Positions 60,696-64,000 of a DNA stretch of 64,000 bases are shown here, in pieces. The position numbers were made by a program, and so were the translations under genes. The stretch lies in assembly GCF_023055435.1 (NCBI RefSeq), contig NW_025963802.1, forward strand, positions 678,355 to 742,354, written 5' to 3'. Numbering within the stretch: the stretch's first letter is position 1; each line of letters opens with the position of its first letter. The notes under the pieces were generated by a model. It was not told the origin of the DNA. It saw only the letters and a list, made by a program, of their open reading frames with translations, and searched no databases. The stretch is from Haliotis rufescens (Eukaryota).

Positions 60696-63600
60696 AGTGA
60701 CCACATCACATGTACAGCATTGTCTTCTCACTTTAGTATCCTGCTTCATCACTTTAGAACAAGTCCTGTCTTTGTTCACATCTCAATGTCTTCACAACTA
60801 GGCCATGTATATATACCTTCCCTTTGATTCCTTTAGAATTAAGTTCTTAATTTGCACCTTTATTTCCAAAATTATTTATTACTTAGCAACACTGCCATAA
60901 TGGACCTGTAGGGTATAAAAAAACTTGTGTGTAAATAATTGTTATCAATACGATTGGTATTTGTTTTTGCATATATTGTATCTCCTAACATCGTCATTAT
61001 TTTCTTAAGTTCTTTTATTGCCAATAACATTGTTTTTTTACTTCAACACATTTAGGAAAATAATTTTCTAAATTGTACATAACTGTTATGCATAATTAAC
61101 CAATGTAAATGTGACTGTACATATCCCCAATATGGCTTCAAATGCATGTATAATGTACCAATGATCAAACAAGTGATTTATATGCAACTTTGAGCAACAT
61201 TTCATGTCAATGTACCTGTATTATTATTATCATTATTATGTAAATATCATATAGCTACAAATGTTATGTATGTATCATTATGTTTGGCATGCTTTGATCC
61301 TGTGCACACACAGACATGTAAATATATCTGTACTTGCATGAAGAAACCTTATATTTTGATCTGTGAATATGCATTAACAAATATATCATTGTACATACTA
61401 AAAACACAATAAGTGTATTTTCTTGAGTATAGTGTGCACAAAACACTGCCGTGTAGAAGGTGGTGCGCATTACACACGCCATAACGAGTTTTGATTTTTT
61501 TTCCCAGCGCAAAGACATATTGTAAATATGTGTATACTGATATGCCAACACAGAGGTTGGAACCATTAGTAGTTAGTTCAGAACAGCTTCCTACATTTCT
61601 TGAATCTTGTATTGTGACTTTTCATCACTACTATAGTCCTGAGTTTGAATCCCATTTTTGTGATCCTTTACCTGAAAATGTCTCCCTTATTTCTTTGACC
61701 CAGAGGTCTAAATTATTATTCGCTGTGCAGATGTCCATCTTCGGCTCATAGTATCCACAGGTTGTTGGTTTGAGTCCAATATCTGACAGCAACTTGCTAG
61801 TAGATTTCGGGGAAGTGGTCCCTATCTATGGCCTGTAACATTGCACTTCTGACCGCCGAGTGACGTACTGGTCGTTGTTGAACACCACTTAGTGTGCCCT
61901 CTTAACATTAGGCAAGCTTTGGGAACTGGTGAAGAAAGACATAATTTTACTATTATTTCTGTGTGATTGTTATTTATTTTATTTTAATTTTTATATTTTG
62001 CATTTGTGATAAAGAATTATTTTAGAAATGATTCTATTTATTCAGTAATTCACATTTTTTATTTAAACTTTATTGCATAAGTTAAGTTGCATTTAGATCA
62101 AAATATCATTTTAGTAGATTCTTCTAGACATTGACAATCATAATTTGACCATTCATGAATGAGAAAGAGAAAGTCAGCCCTTGGCTGAAGTAATTATGAC
62201 TGCTTCAAGAAACACACCAACACTTTCACTTGGTTGGATTCCGTGTGTTGTCTGTGTAATATAGTGTCAGTTATTCTAGCTGCTGATTCTGTGATAATGA
62301 AATGTCATAATCGAAAACATTTTGTACAAACATAATATTGGTCAAAATCGTGTAAATTATATATTAAATGGATGGGTTAGATCGTAGATCCTACAACTCA
62401 ATATTTGTACATGTATGTATATAGTTCCAGCTTTGTTTGTTTTATAACCTGTTTGTACTCGCATAACTCCGTGTTGTATATATATAATGTATGTATGTCA
62501 TCAGGTATGCAGTACTTGACATGTAGTCATCAGACAGCACCTGTAGTTGGTTACGGAACATGCTCAGTATTACGATGCTCGAGATGCACTGCATCAATGC
62601 CTCTGTGAGGAGTACCAGTATTCTGTGCTTCATGTTTTCGATACTGGTACATTGTTCCTGTAACAAAAATATTTGTGTGTTTTGACCACCATGATACACA
62701 AGAGAAATCACATTACAGTAGCATGTAATAAACATAAATTAAATACTTGGTATACAGTATTTACGAACAACTGTGTAAACGTCTTAATCAAGAACCAGTT
62801 TACCGTCAGATTTGTGTTAGAATTGTTTACTGAATAGAGTAAACATCACTAGTCAGTAAAATTTAAATATGTTAAGAAATGTTTTTTTCGCAAATTCTTT
62901 GTTTTGTCTTACTTTTCTCTGTGTTATATTTTCATAACAAATAATGTGTAGTGTGGGGAGTTTTGCCTCAAGGGTTATCATTCCTTTACAACTTCTATTT
63001 TAGTCATCGGTGGACCTATAGCAAGAATTAGGCTGTTTATCGATCAAACCTGGGAAAAAACAAGTTGATTTCTATTTATTATGCAGTTGCTAGGTTCAAC
63101 ATGCTGAATGAACCATTCCCTGCTGTTAGCCTACTCTTTAATGGCTACTTCTTATATCAGGAATGATATACCTTTTCATGAGTGCTCAATTATGGCAAAA
63201 CAAAAAAAAAATTCAGATTTTTTGCCTGTTTATCCAGGCTGATGTTGCATCTTTAATGTTACTGGTGGGACTGCAAATACCCGGAGCATACATAACATAA
63301 TGGCATGTTTATATAAAGATGCTTAACAATTCAAATAAAGGTAAATCGAAGAAAATAATACAAAATTAAATTTCAGTAAATGAATTCAAATTCATGATTG
63401 TCGTCAAATACACTATAAACCTTTAGTAAACAAGAGATGTGGTTTATAAAATTCATCATAACCTCTCCATGTATACTTATTTATTTGAAAGCCAACAGTG
63501 TGTAAATCTTTCAGACAGGTTTCCCATTTAGAAATTGCAAATTACTTGTTGGTCACATGAGGAACAAACCGACATTTACAAAGTTCCTTTTTTTAGCTTT

Positions 63601-64000
63601 GAACCATGTGAAGCTGTGTGCATGGGACGGGTTTTGTTTAAGGTGAATATGGCAATTTTCCCATCATAAAAGTCAGTACCAAATTGTGTTTAACTATAAG
63701 GTTAATGAGACCGGCAAGTGATCAATATGCCATAGTTTGATTCCCATTACGTTTTTACCTGTGGTTTTGTGTTCAGGTGCGCCACCTATGTTGTGGTGCA
63801 TGATCTCAGACCGGCCGGCTGTCTCGTGTACAACATGAGCCGTAGGCTGTGACTGAATCTATGAACTGTGCAATAGTAGTACAATAAACTCAAAATACAA
63901 ATAAACTTCTAGTGTTTGTCATTACTTTGAAAAGTGCTTGTACGGGACATCACACCATTGTTATGCTACACACCAGACTTTATCAACACTGAAGGTGCTG

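Noticed and set aside
60696-64000. Second gene or long 3' UTR features downstream of the TEP1 stop
   Set aside because: There are only short scattered ORFs in AT-rich sequence. AATAAA hexamers at ~62719, ~63333 and ~63886 are candidate poly(A) signals, but the 3' end cannot be fixed from sequence alone.

Overview
The window is eukaryotic nuclear DNA: spliceosomal introns with GT-AG boundaries, dense tRNA-derived SINEs and MITEs, microsatellites and minisatellites. The repeat families look mollusc- or lophotrochozoan-like, but the species cannot be determined from sequence alone. There is no prokaryotic operon or defence system here. Nearly the whole window (~2.86-60.7 kb, + strand) is one gene, a clear ortholog of TEP1 (telomerase-associated protein 1 / vault TROVE protein). 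I reconstructed 54 coding exons with fully consistent splice phases. They run from an S/K-rich N-terminus through the TROVE module (ours LPSDWIEVAEIYQ, KLPFMAMLRNLRNL, KQFPFRFF against human LPSDWIQVAELYQ, KLPFMAMLRNLCNL, RQFPFRFL), then [13 protein letters not shown] and a NACHT P-loop (GKPGSGKTSLV), then a C-terminal WD40 propeller ending at TGA 60693-60695. Every ORF-track hit outside these exons is either a tandem repeat translated by chance or an antisense artefact. The most unusual signal is a recurring architecture in which tandem arrays have grown directly out of splice sites of this gene. A ~2.6 kb array of 22-bp units copies the 3' splice site and first codons of exon 45. A 60-bp array copies the acceptor and 5' end of exon 23 into a string of pseudo-exons, and a TIR transposon is nested inside it. 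A 21-bp in-frame quadruplication of the exon-24 acceptor offers four alternative in-frame 3' splice sites. A 23/24-bp minisatellite of GTAAGTGT donor-like units begins right at the donor of exon 6. Other notable items are long inverted SINE copies flanking exons 51-52, several SINE insertions with intact target-site duplications (so recently active families), and lineage-specific K/RG-rich insertions in the TROVE region.
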